Positions 13,512-27,770 of a stretch of DNA of 64,000 nucleotides are shown piece by piece. Under the pieces are notes generated by a model. It searched no databases, was not told the DNA's origin, and saw nothing but the letters and a program-made list of their open reading frames with translations. A program made the translations under genes and the position numbers. Source of the stretch: Octopus vulgaris (lineage: Eukaryota); assembly GCA_951406725.2 (NCBI GenBank), contig OX597817.1:36084001-36148000 (forward strand). The letters are read 5' to 3'. Each line of letters opens with the position of its first letter. Position 1 is the first letter of the stretch.

Positions 13512-13746
13512 TTCTGTGATAACGATCCCTATTGATCAATTTTTTTCCTCTCCCCCTTTTTTTTTAACCCCCCCTTTTTTTTTGTCCTCTTTCTCTCCTT
13601 TTACGATCCCTTTTGATCGACCCCCCCTTTTTTATTTTATTTTTTATTTTTTATTTTTTTTTTATTTTTTAAACCTTCAAAAGAAAAGCTCTACCTTGTA
13701 ATTTGTTCTATCTGTGTGCAGCCCTGTGTGGCTAATAAATAAACAT
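13510..13746 (+). mobile_element. Tx1-clade element, 3' UTR-only copy in (TATC)n
   Basis: Near-identical to 47583-47806, ends ctgtgtggctaataaataaaca, and is flanked by (TATC)n on both sides. Confidence 0.88.
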
Positions 13747-13763
13747 ATCTATCTATCTATCTA

Positions 13764-13898
<135 letters not shown>

Positions 13899-13915
13899 GT
13901 CTGTCTGTCTTTCTG

Positions 13916-13991
<76 letters not shown>

Positions 13992-14529
13992 ATGGTGAGG
14001 TATTATAGTGGTGGATGTTGTTGTAAAGTCTAGAATGGTAATTTATGGCAGGATGGCGTCAAATGGCTGTGGGGATATTTGCTTGGTGTATTACGATGTA
14101 GCTGTGCATCTTAGTTGTACAATAATACGTGTACAATACTGTATCGATGTTAAGTGACTGTGCTTGGCCTGTATACATGGATGTGTTTATTCTGTGTGTA
14201 ATACTAAATAATTATATAATTGGTAGTGTATAGTTATAAGTGGTGAGGGGTGGGGATAATTAGAGGTGTAGCCTACAAGTTGCGTGGTTGAGGCAGTTTG
14301 GCAAGATGACAAAATGGTAAAACCTTTCTTTCTTTCTTTCTTTCTTTCTTTTATGCTTTTCTTGATTTCTTTCTTTTGTTTTTGCGATGCTGGAAATAAT
14401 TATCCATTTTTTCCTCCTATAGATTCATTAATGAAAATCTTCGCTTCTTGATAATTACTTCCAGTTTGCCTTATCAATTTCATTATTATTAAGATAACCA
14501 TTATTGCACTTCCTCTTCTTCGAGTAGCT

Positions 14530-14762
<233 letters not shown>

Positions 14763-15069
14763 GGACTGCATATAGTAAAATCATTAGATTGGTAGACAAA
14801 ATGTATTGTGGTATGTAGCTATGTTTCATTATGTTCCCAAGTCAAATCCAGCCAGAGAATAAATTTGTCTTTCATCATTCCAGCGGTCAATGAAATAAAA
14901 TGAACATCAGTTACGTAACGGGTCATTCTAATCGAATCTATAATACATTAAGATTTGTTGCTTTATTCCATAGAGAAAATTGATAATCGAGTCCGGCGAA
15001 ATGGTCGAAGTGATTGAGGTTGTACTTAAATACGTTTTATTTATAAGAAAAATGTTTTATTAACTACAT

Positions 15070-15370
15070 TGCCTTAAACAAGGCCTGAGGCTACTGTAAA
15101 GTAAGGGACTAAAAGGAAGGACAAAGAGATTACAAAATCAAAAGATGTCCATTGACAGAAAGCTTGAAAGCTTAAAGGACTGAATACCATAGACCAGAGG
15201 AAAGTAAGACGATGGCAGTGACTTCCAGAGAGCAGCAGTTGGAGAAAAGACGCTATTAGAATAAAAGGACTTATGACTAAAAGGATGTCCGCGTAGGATT
15301 TGCATTTCAAATATTCGGAGTTGAAAAGTGAATTTACAGACTGCCGTTCTACCATATTCCTGGCATTGCG
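15070..15370 (-). mobile_element. Decayed CR1/L2-group LINE 3' end
   Basis: ORF 15138-15374 has FYSNSVFSPTAALWKSLPSSYFPLVYGIQSFK, resembling the FF.RT..LWNSLP..F...YNL..FK terminus. Confidence 0.6.
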
Positions 15371-15509
15371 TCAATGTTTGAAATATTTATTCAATAGTTT
15401 TATTGTTAATGAATGATTTAATGCAGTTATTGAGTGTACATGGTGTTTTGATTTGTGTATTTTGAAACTGTCCTCTCAAAAGAACTGAACATAATATATA
15501 TATGACACT

Positions 15510-15744
15510 TTTACTCTTTTACTTGTTTCCGTCAATTGACTGCGGCCATGTTGGAGCACTGCATTTAGTCGAGCAAATCGACCCCATGACTTGTTCTTTG
15601 TAAGCCTAGTCCTTATTCTATCGGTCTCTTTTGCCGAACAGCTACGCTACGTTACGGGGACATAAACACACCAGCATCGGTTGTCAAGCGATGTTGGGGG
15701 GACAAACACAGACACACAAACACATAAACACACACACACACACA

Positions 15745-15802
<58 letters not shown>

Positions 15803-15998
15803 CATATATACGACGGGCTTCTTTCAGTTTCCATCAACCAAATCCACACACACACACATACACATATATATGCATATATACGACGGGATTCGTTCAGTTT
15901 CCGTCTACCAAATCCACTCACAAGGCTTTGGTCGGTCCGAGGCTATAGTAGAAGTCATTTGCCCAAGGTGCCACACAGCGGGACTGAATCCGGACCAC
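15510..15998 (-). mobile_element. tRNA-derived SINE family with internal (TA)/(CA) microsatellite
   Basis: Shared body gcggccatgctggagcaccgcctttagtcgagcaaatcgacc. Copies at 18723-19120, 25790-26118, 38610-38995 and 45352-45800. Confidence 0.85.
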
Positions 15999-16170
15999 GT
16001 TTTTAATTTACTTCATAATTTTTATACGTCCTATTTTTTCTCTATTCTCATTGGTGTCTGTTCTCTTAGTCTCATTTTTATATTTGCTCTATCCCCTGAA
16101 GACTAAAAAAAACACTAATTTTTAAAAAGCATAATCATTAACGACAAAAGGAGTATCAATGTCAAACGGC

Positions 16171-16322
16171 AATCTTTGTATCAAACTTAACGTGGACGTT
16201 TTGTTAGAAAGCCCAATATTGCGGTATTCACCTTGAGAAGTTTTGAGAGGGCCACTCAAGGCGATTACCGCAATATTGGACCTTCTAACAAAATATCCAC
16301 GTTAAGTTTGATATAAGGATTA
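16171..16322. repeat. Imperfect hairpin, 67-bp arms with an 18-bp loop
   Basis: 16171-16237 is reverse-complementary to 16256-16322. Confidence 0.8.
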
Positions 16323-16990
16323 ATATTTTTTGTTTCATTTTGTACATTATTTTTTTTTTATCTCTGAGTATTTCGGGCTATTCTTATTAGATGCATTTGT
16401 TGCCCGACAGCAGACATTTCTAGTTGCAGATGACCTCTTCTTGCTTGTATATTCGTGGTAACTATAATCTTTGTATCTCGGTATGTATTCTATATGTAGT
16501 CAACATTTTTCTTCAATATATATCTAGTCTTTCTAATATATTTATCTTGTACTTGAGACGTATCTGTAACACGTCATTGAAATAATTAGAATATTAATAT
16601 CTATTACCTTATTTTTGCCTCTTATGTACTTATCTGTTCTAAGTATTAATCAAATTCTTCTATTAATTTCTAACATTTTCTTTCCTTTGTTTATTCTATA
16701 TCGACAAGTTAATTAATTCAAATGTATTTGTGTTTGGTATAATTATCTATCTTCGCTTCCTTATCTAAAAACATAGTACTTTGTTCTTATAATTTACTTT
16801 CCTATTTTCAAGAATTTCTTGCAATATTGGAATGTTACTTTTCTAATAAGGTTGCGTTTCGGTTTTACAACTAATTCTGAATCTGGGAAACAGTAAAATA
16901 GTGTCTTTCATCTCTCCAAGGTTGTATAATCGAACGAAGAATGAACCATGTTCAGTTTACTCCATTGAAGCCTTATAAAATTGTATCCGT

Positions 16991-17800
16991 CGAGCTGGCA
17001 GAATCGTTAGCACGCCGGGCGAAATGCGTAGCCGTATTTCGTCTGCCGTTACGTTCTGAATTCAAATTCCGCCGAGGTCGACTTTGCCTTTCATCCTTCC
17101 GGAGTCGATTAAATAAGTACCGGTTACGCACAGGGGTCAATATAATCGACTTAATCCGTTTGTCTGTTCTTGTTTGTCCTCTCTGTGTTTAGCCCCTTGT
17201 GGGTGGTAACGAAATAGGTATTTCGTCTGTCGCTACTTTCTAAGTTCAAATTCCGCCGAGGTCGACTTTGTCTTTCGTCCTTTCGGGCTCGATAAATTAA
17301 GTACCAGTTATGTATTGGGATCGATCTAATCGACCTGACTCCCCCCCACCAAAAAAATTTCGGGCCTTGTGCCTAGAGTAGAAAAGAATCCTTAGCACAC
17401 CGGGCAAAATAATTTGTGGTATTTCGTCAGTACAAATTGCGCTATTTCGTCAGTTCAAATTTCTGAGTTCAAATTCCGCTGAGGTCGACTTTACTTTTCA
17501 TACTTTTCGTGGTCGATAAAATAAGTATATAGCAATTGAGCACTGGAATTGTTGTAATTGACTTAACTTCTAGTCCAAAACTGTTGGCACTATGCCAAAA
17601 TTTGAAGCTATTATTATCATTATCCAGTATTTCGCCCGTCACTACATTCTGAGTTCAAATTCCGCCGAGGGAGACTTTGCCTTTCGTCCTTTCGGGGTCG
17701 ATAAATTAAGTACCAGTGGAACACTTGGGTCGATGTAATTGACTATCCCCTCCCCCAATTATCAGGCCTTGTGCCTATAGTAAAAAGGATTATTATTATT
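16991..17800 (+). mobile_element. Cluster of tandem/multimeric SINE units (family of 7341)
   Basis: gagttcaaattccgccgaggtcgactttg recurs four times. Confidence 0.85.
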
Positions 17801-18722
17801 ACTATTTCTATTTACGATGTAGAATCTGTGTTAATTTCTGGGAAGTGTAAATTCAGTTTCTCTCCATTGTGTCAGAAAGACAAAAATTACTCACATGATA
17901 TGAAAAGTTTCAAGTAGAGTAGTTTCATTTTTTGTCATTTTGTTAATGCTAATTTTACTTGTTGTTTGAAACAGAACAAAGCTTCATAGAAATAGAGAAT
18001 ATTGCTTCCACTCTATCACTATCATCAAATTTCTACCTCTTTCTCTCATCTTTGAAAGTTTACACTAAAGTTCTGAGTAAAAATAAAGTGAAAAATACGT
18101 ACCTTGAAAACCGTTATTTAGCTCCGGTTTCATAGCGTGCAACAGAAGAAAGATAACTGTTTTCTTGGAAAGAACTCCAGTCAATTACAGATTACATCCT
18201 CTGCTCTAAGTAATAATAATTTTTATCGAATTCTTTAAGGGTAATATTATAAGGATAGCAATGTCGGTATAGTAATTTTGATTATAAAACATGATCTTTT
18301 TTTATTTATGGACAACTCTGAAATCAGTTCTTTTGTGAGTCTATTTCGATGCTAAAATATTCTATTAATTTTTGTTAGATTGTTTCCTTGAAGTTTTACC
18401 TTTCACATGCTAGTTCTTATTTTACAGTGGCTTCAAATATTTACTTCAGATCATATAGGTTGAAGCACGTTATCATGGTGTTTGTTCTCTTTTTCGAGTA
18501 GTATTTTGCACCTATTGAACCAGTGAAACGGAATATCAATTTCTTTCTTGAAATGGCGAATTCCCTTTAGTTTGTCTGGAATATAGTTTCGTATCAAATA
18601 TAGTTCTGTATGAGAAAACCAGCATGAGTCAGGATGATTCCTTCGCACCTGCCTTTAACCGAGCAGAAAAGGCAGTTTTCCTCTGTCAGGTAGCTGTAGC
18701 GAAATAAGTTGTACTGTGGGTA

Positions 18723-19120
18723 ACTCTTTTACTTGTTTCAGTCATTTGACCGTGGCCATGCTGGAGCACCGCCTTTAGTCGAGCAAATCGACCCCAGGAC
18801 TTATTCTTTGTAAGCCTAGTACTTATTCTATCGGTCTCTTTTGCCGAACCGCTAAGTTAAGGGGGCGTAAACACACCAGCATCGGTTGTCAAGCGATGTT
18901 GGGGGGGACAAACACACAAACACATACACATACATACATATATATATACATATATACGACGGGCTTCTTTCAGTTTCCGTCTATCAAATCTACTCACAAG
19001 GTCTTGGTCGGCCCGAGGCTATAGTAGAAGACACTTGCCCAAGGTTCCACGCAGTGGGACTGAACCCGGAACCATGTGGCTGGTAAGCAAGCTACTTACC
19101 ACACATCCACTCCTACGCCC
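18723..19120 (-). mobile_element. Full-length tRNA-derived SINE (family of 15510)
   Basis: Minus-strand head ggcgtaggagtgg..tgtggtaag..gggttcagtccc carrying pol III boxes. Confidence 0.88.
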
Positions 19121-19413
19121 ATAGGCTAAAAAATATAAGGAGAGATAATCTCTTCTTTGGTAAAACACTCATTAGCTTCTTGAAGTTTCATCTGAAAAAG
19201 ACGGTGAGGACGGAGAAGAAAGTGCCGTCCTCGAGTGAATTTATTGAAAGGTAGGTGAAAGCGGCGAGAAAGGCCGGAGAGGAGGGTCCCACATGAATTA
19301 TAAACTTGTAAGTCAAAGAGCAAAACGGGAGAGGGTAATTACTCTTGAGGTTTAGTGAGATCTTGGATGCTGAGTTTATACTTAGAGGACCCTCGTCTAT
19401 ATCAAGATGATTG

Positions 19414-19458
<45 letters not shown>

Positions 19459-20053
19459 TCTTTTAACTCAGGTTTTGTCGAAACTCCTGGAGTCTTGCAC
19501 GAAAAACGGGCTTGCTACGTGCAGCCTACTCTACCATGCTATCTGTTCTTCCGATTTCCTTTAAATCCATCTTAATACCTCCAAACACTGTCCCCAAGGC
19601 CTCAACAATATCCGGAACTATTTTCACCTTTATTTATTTATTTATTTATTTATTTATTTCCCACTGTCGACATTACTTTTCTTTTTTGGTGTCGAGCACT
19701 TGGTTGGGTGTAGTCGACTTGCTCCCTCCCCTCAAATTTCAGGCCTTGTGCCTATAGCAGCAGAATGGATTATTGTTGGGGGCGTTAGATTATTAAAATA
19801 AATTTAGTCACGTACCTTTATATAGTGATCTCAAATCCCATTGGAATTTTCAGATATCTAGTATCGATATTATAAGTGTCAGTGAAATATTGAATTCGAT
19901 AAAATCGATTAAATCATTGGCTTGTACGTATATAAGAAATCAAAGCTATTATCATTAGAAAATTTTGCATTTTTAGGTTATTATGTTTTAATTTCGCTTT
20001 GTTTCAAGAACTAAAGAGAAATAAATAAAAGAAAACATCCTCAAATCTGAATA

Positions 20054-20277
20054 CAGTAACCCCTCGAATATCGCGGGTGTTACGTTCCGGAACCCCCCGT
20101 GATAGGTGGAAATCTGCGAAGTAGAAACATTACTGCACTGTATATTTAAAAAAATATATTTTTATAATTTGTATATATTTATTTTATTATAAATGCAAAA
20201 CAACACCACGGAGGAATCGACGAAAGCTTAAATAATAAACCGTGATAAATGAGCCGCGATATGGCGAGAGATTACTA
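20054..20277. mobile_element. Tigger/pogo-like MITE
   Basis: TA|CAGTAACCCCTCGAATATCGCGG ... CCGCGATATGGCGAGAGATTACTA|TA. Confidence 0.8.
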
Positions 20278-21430
20278 TACATATATAACACCAAGTTATA
20301 GGTGTTCAGCAAGAATTGCTAAGACAAAAATGCAAATAGAGAAATCTGGAAAAAAGAACTTTTAGCGATATTGCTTCTTACAGTATGTTTTGTTAAGATT
20401 TTGTTTCGGTTATATTTGAAAATGCGACTGCCGTTTAGTGTAGCGACTACATGTAGATTGGTTAAATATCAGTTGATAGGGTCATCTGTAATACATTGGT
20501 GTATGTGAGGTTATTATTGTCAGGAACTTTTCTCTCTTCTATTCCAATATCTGTAGAGTAAAACACACAAATCACATATTTTAATCCTTCATGCTATACG
20601 AATCACTCAAACGCGATCTCATACACATTTCTGCTGTCAACGGTGTCTTGAGAAATCCTCCCACCTCGACAAACTGATAGAAAACCATCGAGAAAAATAT
20701 GTCGCTGAATATTGTCTGACTTGTTAGCTCTTCAAACATGCAAATTGCATCCAATTTTCTGACCCTTCTCTTTGAAAAATATTGTATTTCAGTGCTCTTC
20801 TCACCTAGAAAGATCCCTTCTCATCTTTTCCCAACCTAAATTTACATTCCTAATTGAAACTTCTCTGCTTACCTTGTAAGTATTGATGAAAAGCAATGCT
20901 GTTCTCTCTATAAAAAATTAAACTGCCATTGAATGGGGCTCTCCCCACGCACGCTGTCAACCTGATGTGACCTTTCGGTAATGTTACAAACAACTGTTTT
21001 GTTTTTCTATAAAAATACGATTTTAGAAGTCACTTTTTACAATACTAACTCTTGTGCAGGTAAGACCGACCTTAATTCCTGTTTATCCTAGTTATAAATA
21101 TAATTTGAACCCAATTGTGACATTTCAAAATACACGTATACAACTTCCATGAATTGATTACTTCGGAAATATCTTTTTAAAGAGAAGACATTTTGGTTAT
21201 GTCGAACACCACCAAAACAATCACTATACATTTCATGGGAAAAGACTGGCATTATACACACCCTACTCACAAACAATATACACTTAAAAGTGCTAGAAGG
21301 GAGCAAAGAAGTTAAGCTGTACGCCGTGAGTCAGTGATTGCAGGGTATAGTTATGTGAATCATTGCCAATCGGCCAGATTATTTGATTAATTTAAAGATG
21401 ATCGTGTTAGCCGCAGTAGTGACAGCAGCA

Positions 21431-21787
21431 GTGGAGGCGCAATGGCCCAGTGGTTAGGGCAGCGGACTCGCGGTCGGAGGATCGTGGTTTCGATTCCCAG
21501 ACCGGGCGTTGTCTGTGTTTATTGAGCGAAAACACCTAAAGCTCTACGAGGCTCCGGCAGTGGGTGGTGGCGACCCCTGTTGTACTCTTTCGCCCCAACT
21601 TTCTCTCACTCTTTCTTCCTGTTGCTTGTCCCCGACTTCCTACGCCTGGATGCGCATTCATCAATCCGTCGATGCTCTCGGTGTCGGGGGTTGACCTGCT
21701 TTCTCTTCTGCGGGTCTTACGAATAGCAAAGGACCACAATTCGGACTTCTCCCACTGCGAGCTCTGAAACAAAGACCGCTTCGCTCA
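21431..21787 (+). mobile_element. tRNA-derived SINE (GTGGAGGCGCAATGG head) with its own tail type
   Basis: A/B boxes; head shared with 45025(-), 55324(-) and 56890(+). Confidence 0.88.
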
Positions 21788-22076
21788 ACAGCAACAGCAA
21801 CAGCAGCAGTAACAGCAGCGGTGACAGCAGCAATAGCAGAGACGGCAGCAGCGGCGACATCAGCACCATCAGCATCATCAGTAGCAGCTGTGTCCCATGC
21901 ACATGAGCAGTATTCTAATGTAGATCTTGTTTAATTCTTGTGGCAGTCAGTTATTGATCAGAGCTGAAATATGCCATAATTTTAAAATTGAATTTTAAAT
22001 CTTTGTGATGTGGTGCTTGTGATGTGGTATATCTGTGAGGGAGGGAAGAGGGAGACATAATAAATCGTTACACATT

Positions 22077-22343
22077 GTGAAGCCTACGCGTGGCTTAGTG
22101 GTTAGGGAGTCAGCATCATGATCGTAAGATTGTGGTTTCGATTCCTGGACTGGGCGACGCGTTGTGTTCTTGAGCAAAACACTTCATTTCACGTTGTTCC
22201 AGTCCACTCAGCTGACAAAAATGAGTAACGCTGCAATGGATTGGCGTCCCGTCCAGCTGGGGAACACATATGCCATAGAAACCGGGAAATCGGGCGCATG
22301 AGCCTGGCTAGGCTTTAAAAGAGCGCATTTATTATTATTTTTT
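22077..22343 (+). mobile_element. tRNA-derived SINE (family of 3344)
   Basis: Colinear homology to 3344-3604. Confidence 0.88.
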
Positions 22344-22689
22344 TAAAGTTTCAGTTCCGTTGTTCACGACATTTGCAGGTTGTTCACAATTTCATTGCCT
22401 TGATATATGTAGTGATATTACTGTGGTACTGTTGAATGAGATTAAGTCATTATGTCCCCATTAAAAAACTGTTCCAGTGTCATTGTTACTGGTGTTAGCG
22501 CATGTCTGGTGTACGGTAATTATGTTGACGGTGGATAATGTTAATGGGCAAAAGATTAAAAAGTAGAAATGGATGTCATAATTTGCATAGACGTTTGCAA
22601 GGACTTACTTGCCGCAGTTGTATACAACAACTGCAGCAAGTAAGGAGGAACTGCAAGTAAGTCATTAAAATATAGATGTAAGTGAATGA

Positions 22690-23050
22690 AGGCATTAACG
22701 AACCTTACGCACACTAACGATGATAGAATTGGGCAGAGTAGAGCTCCCTTCACATACGTTTGCAATGGTGAAGTCTGAGAATACGGTTTCGATTTTCAAA
22801 ATGAAAAGCTGGTGTAAACTATTGTGAGGTGCGCGTGCAAATGGAGGTGTCGCTGATATCAAATGAAATATTCTTTTCGAAGTTCACGAAGGAGTGAGAA
22901 CACTGGTGGATGACATAAAAGTGAGTCTCCACCAAATCTTGGCCTACAAAAGTTTTATTGAAGCACATCAAAGAAGAGGAGTCAAGACGATTGATGAGTT
23001 GCTTATTGTGTTTCAATCAACTTTTGGAAGTGAGGAAAGCAGGTAGGAAT
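22690..23050 (-). mobile_element. Highly decayed CR1/L2-type RT fragment
   Basis: Remnants FDISD (LDISKAFD-like) and YVKGALLCPIL (GVPQGSVLGPLL-like). Confidence 0.4.
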
Positions 23051-23075
23051 TCAGTAGAGTAAAATGTGCGTATAT

Positions 23076-23148
<73 letters not shown>

Positions 23149-23150
<2 letters not shown>

Positions 23151-23317
23151 GGAGTAAACACATAAATGTGAAACAAGGTGGAAAATAGAGTACTCAAATA
23201 CCAGTGGTAGAGTAATATGCTTTATTTAAAGCAGCAGAAAATTCAGCAAAAACTGTCTGATGAACGGCAACGTGAAACTCAGAGTAACAGGTTTTGTTGA
23301 ATTTTCTGCTGCTTTAA

Positions 23318-23322
<5 letters not shown>
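23149..23322. mobile_element. Penelope-like inverted pLTR module between (TA)n tracts (family C)
   Basis: An inverted tail (23149-23256) joins an HHR-bearing arm; 36-bp IR at 23221-23256 / 23287-23322. Confidence 0.75.
23253..23290 (+). ncRNA. Type I hammerhead ribozyme
   Basis: ctgt-CTGATGA-acg(gcaa)cgt-GAAA-ctc(a)ga-GTA-acag. All core nucleotides are present and stems I, II and III pair. Confidence 0.85.
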
Positions 23323-23412
<90 letters not shown>

Positions 23413-24439
23413 AATATTAGACTAGAAATGTTTACAGTTATGAGACACCGCTTGATTTATGATTCATACGTTTTCAGCTTGCAGAGGGTTGGAATTTTGT
23501 CCTGACAAAATGCTTGTACTTGATGGCTGAATACGAGAAAACCCAACAACAAAATACTGTATACTAAACAAACTATTTACATCAGGATGATGGACGACGA
23601 CGATGATGATGATGATGATGATGATGATGATAGGTAGATAGATAGATATATGGATAGTACTGATTTTGATGATAAATATAAAAATGTTAATAATAATCAA
23701 CGATATTAAATGATGATATTGAAGATAACGAAAACCGTGTGGAGGACATTTGAAAGGAAAGATGAGAATTATAACAAAGATAACAACATCTATCGCATCG
23801 ATAACAGCATCAGAATAGAATGAATAGTAATGATAGAGATAATATAATAAGAAATACCAATTTAAAAATACCAAACATAATAAAGAAAATTTTTGTCCAA
23901 GAATCCAAAATTGTTTTGTTTTCGGGGGATAATTTTAGACTCTAAAAGGAAGAAAATATTTATTACAATGGTGACGACACCGAAGAGCAATAACAACGAT
24001 TAAAATAAGATTAATATTGATTTCTGCTATTTGCTGCCAGGGACACAGATAAGGGTGACAGTACAAAGGCCTACATAAAGTGTGAGGAGCTGGAATGAAA
24101 TGATTAATAACCAGAAAAAGTATACAAGGTAAACAATATCCACAAAAGGAAATAAAATATAATTAATCATGGTAGACAGCAAAAAAATAAAACAGATGAA
24201 GATGCAATCTTCCTGAAACTGGAGGAGTTCGACGCCCAAACGTGAAACTCCACCATCAAAGATTTCCTTGAATACTAAGGAAAAGTGGTAGCTCCAGGTT
24301 CTTTTGCTCTTCAACTTACAGGCTTATACTTACAGCTGACTATCCATTCTTGCCACTTTCACTCTCAGTCACCATTCAATAAAGTAACTTGAGAACAGCA
24401 TCTTCGTCTACATCCTTACCTTCCTTTTCAAGTAAAACT

Positions 24440-24680
24440 TGAAGAAATCGACAAGGGCTCTGTCAAAGAGGAAAGTCCCTGTTCTCGTACCTTTCACCCA
24501 CATTCACCACCCAACCATTCCTACTATTACCAGCAGACAGAGGAAAATATATTTTCCCTCCTCATCAACGGAGGCCGGTTGAGCTATCATAGTAATGAAA
24601 TAGGTCGATAGTAGGACCCCTCCATTTCGACATAACTCCTTAACTCAGCAATGCTCGACCACTTAAGGAGTGTATGTAGG
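24440..24680 (+). mobile_element. Possible decayed Penelope-like ORF fragment (post-RT linker)
   Basis: Frameshifted KVP.V.TFHPH...FRHNS.L resembles the PLE motif RVPLVLTYHP...RR..NL. Confidence 0.3.
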
Positions 24681-24987
24681 AAGGTTTCTCTCGGACAGGC
24701 CCATCTAACAGAACTTCTGTACTGTAGAGTGAGCCCCTCGGTAGCACCGCAAGGTCAAAGTATTCTAGAAATTATACAAAGCACTCTCTGAACCAAAGGC
24801 CTTACATTAATAGCTAGTTCGTTTTCGTCGATGCCAGCAGTCGCGCCGCTAAAACTCTATAGAGTGCTAAAATGGAATATCCATAAATCCTGTTGCCTCA
24901 CTGGTTGAGGGGAGGTGCGTGAGTGCTTAAGGACATTCTGGATGCCAGATTTCCGGTCCCGATGACACAATATATAAGCAATTATTA

Positions 24988-25018
<31 letters not shown>

Positions 25019-25092
25019 TGTATGTATGTATGTATGTATGTATATAAATATGTATGTATGTATCTAGCTAGCTATCCATCTGTATGTATGTC

Positions 25093-25764
<672 letters not shown>

Positions 25765-26118
25765 CCGTATTCTTTTACTTGTTTCACTCATTTGAGCACC
25801 GCCTTTAGTCGAACAAATCGACCCAAAGACTTATTCTTTGTAAGCTTAGTACTTATTCAGTCGGTCGATTATGCCGAACCGCTAAGTTACAGGGAGGTAA
25901 ACACACCGACATCGGTTGTCAAGCGATGGAAGGGGGACAAACACACACACACACAAATATATAGATATACAACGAGCTTCTTTCAGTTTCCGACCTATCA
26001 AATCCACTCACAAGGCTTTGGTCGGCCCGAGGCTATAAAAGAAGACACTTGCCCAAGATGCCACGCAGTGGGACTGAACCCGGGACCATATGATAAGAAG
26101 ACAGGCTTCTTACCACAC

Positions 26119-26158
<40 letters not shown>

Positions 26159-26505
26159 AATAATAATAATAATAATAGTAATAGTAATAATAGAATCATT
26201 ATGGTTAAAGCGGTGAGCTGGCAGAATAGTTAGTACGCTAGGTAAAATTCTTAGCAGCTCTTCGTCTGTCCGTCGGTTTTTACGTTTTGAGTTCAAATTC
26301 CGCCGAGGTCGACTTTGCCTTTCATCCTATTCGGGGTCGACAAAATAAGTATCATCTTATCCCTTTCCCGAAATTGCTAGCTTTGTATCAAAATTTGAAA
26401 TCATGGATGACTTATACATGTAACTTACAGCAAAATGGTTGAACACCATTCTTTTGTTTGTCTTCTTACTTGTATGTATATATATATATATATATATATA
26501 TGTAA

Positions 26506-26539
<34 letters not shown>

Positions 26540-26541
26540 CA

Positions 26542-27129
26542 TGTTGTGGGGTTGCTTGTGCGCTCGTGTTGAGCTAGTTAATGATAATATATTTTAAACG
26601 TCTGAGTCGCTTTATCACCAATGTGGTAGTGTGCTTGTGGAATGTCTTTGCTGGTTGCGTAAAAAATGTTGAACCAAACTCTTGAACATTTAACTAATAT
26701 TTATTGCCGGTCATGATATATGGCGTTGGCTATTTGCAGTGAAAAATGTTAACGATATAATTGCCGACTTGGATAAGAGAAAAACTAACCGTGTGTATAG
26801 AAGCTATTTACGAGACATCGCGTGATTTTTCAGAGTCGGTCTGTTCAAGCAACTAGTCGTCTGCTCAAAAGTCGGAAGCAGCCTACTCGAATGCCAGAGG
26901 TCGTCTGCCTGACAAGAATTGAAGTATGTGAATCAGTCGGCACCGCTCAGGATTCTACCTCGAGCGAGGTACTAACTATTTTTATAGAGTTAACAGAAGG
27001 TAAATTGGAGAACGCCACGCCATAACTTCACGCTGGTTGGTGAATAATAAATCAATTACGTGAAACTGTGGTGGCTCACTCGGGTCCCTAACCGAGTGAG
27101 TAGCGGTAAGTGTTCGAATCTCCGCTACA
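26542..27129 (+). mobile_element. Possible solo LTR
   Basis: Termini TGTTGTGG...CCGCTACA (imperfect IR, TG..CA) and AATAAA at about 27046. TSD is not clean. Confidence 0.4.
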
Positions 27130-27244
27130 CACACACCACACATTACACCCTCCTTCTTTCCTTCTTTCCTGAGCGTCCAATAATACTATATTTGTTCCAC
27201 GTCCTCGCGTTGTTGTGTTTTTTTGTGCTTTCTTGTTTGGATTA

Positions 27245-27286
<42 letters not shown>

Positions 27287-27477
27287 GATGAGTGTATTTT
27301 TACCTTGTTAACAATTAACACGGAAAATAAATAAATAGTTACCAGGGCAGCAAAAATCGCACAAGTAAAGATGTTGTAACTCCTTGTTTATAAAGGTTGA
27401 AACTTCGTGTTTACGTTGAATATTTTGAATAATATGAATAAAAAATGGAGTTAACGCAGGTTTAAACAAGTATTTTT

Positions 27478-27563
27478 ACTTTCGACACATGTTTCGAAAA
27501 TTCCACTGATACTATTCAAAAGAATAAATGGTATAAACAATGCAATCTTCTCTTCGGGAAAGT
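27478..27563 (-). ncRNA. Type I hammerhead ribozyme (mirror copy of 27647)
   Basis: Reverse complement of 27647-27731. Confidence 0.72.
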
Positions 27564-27646
27564 GAAAAAAACGAAACTCGTCAATACGACATTTTAGCAA
27601 AAAATTTTTTTGCTAAAATGTCGTATTGACGAGTTTCGTTTTTTTC

Positions 27647-27731
27647 ACTTTCCCGAAGAGAAGATTGCATTGTTTATACCATTTATTCTTTGAATAGTAT
27701 CAGTGGAATTTTCGAAACATGTGTCGAAAGT
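27647..27731 (+). ncRNA. Type I hammerhead ribozyme with long stem II (U4C variant)
   Basis: actttc-CCGAAGA-gaagatt[branched hairpin]aattttc-GAAA-catgt-GTC-gaaagt; palindromic ACATGT in stem III. Confidence 0.75.
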
Positions 27732-27770
27732 AAAAATACTTGTTTAAACCTGCGTTAACTCCATTTTTTA

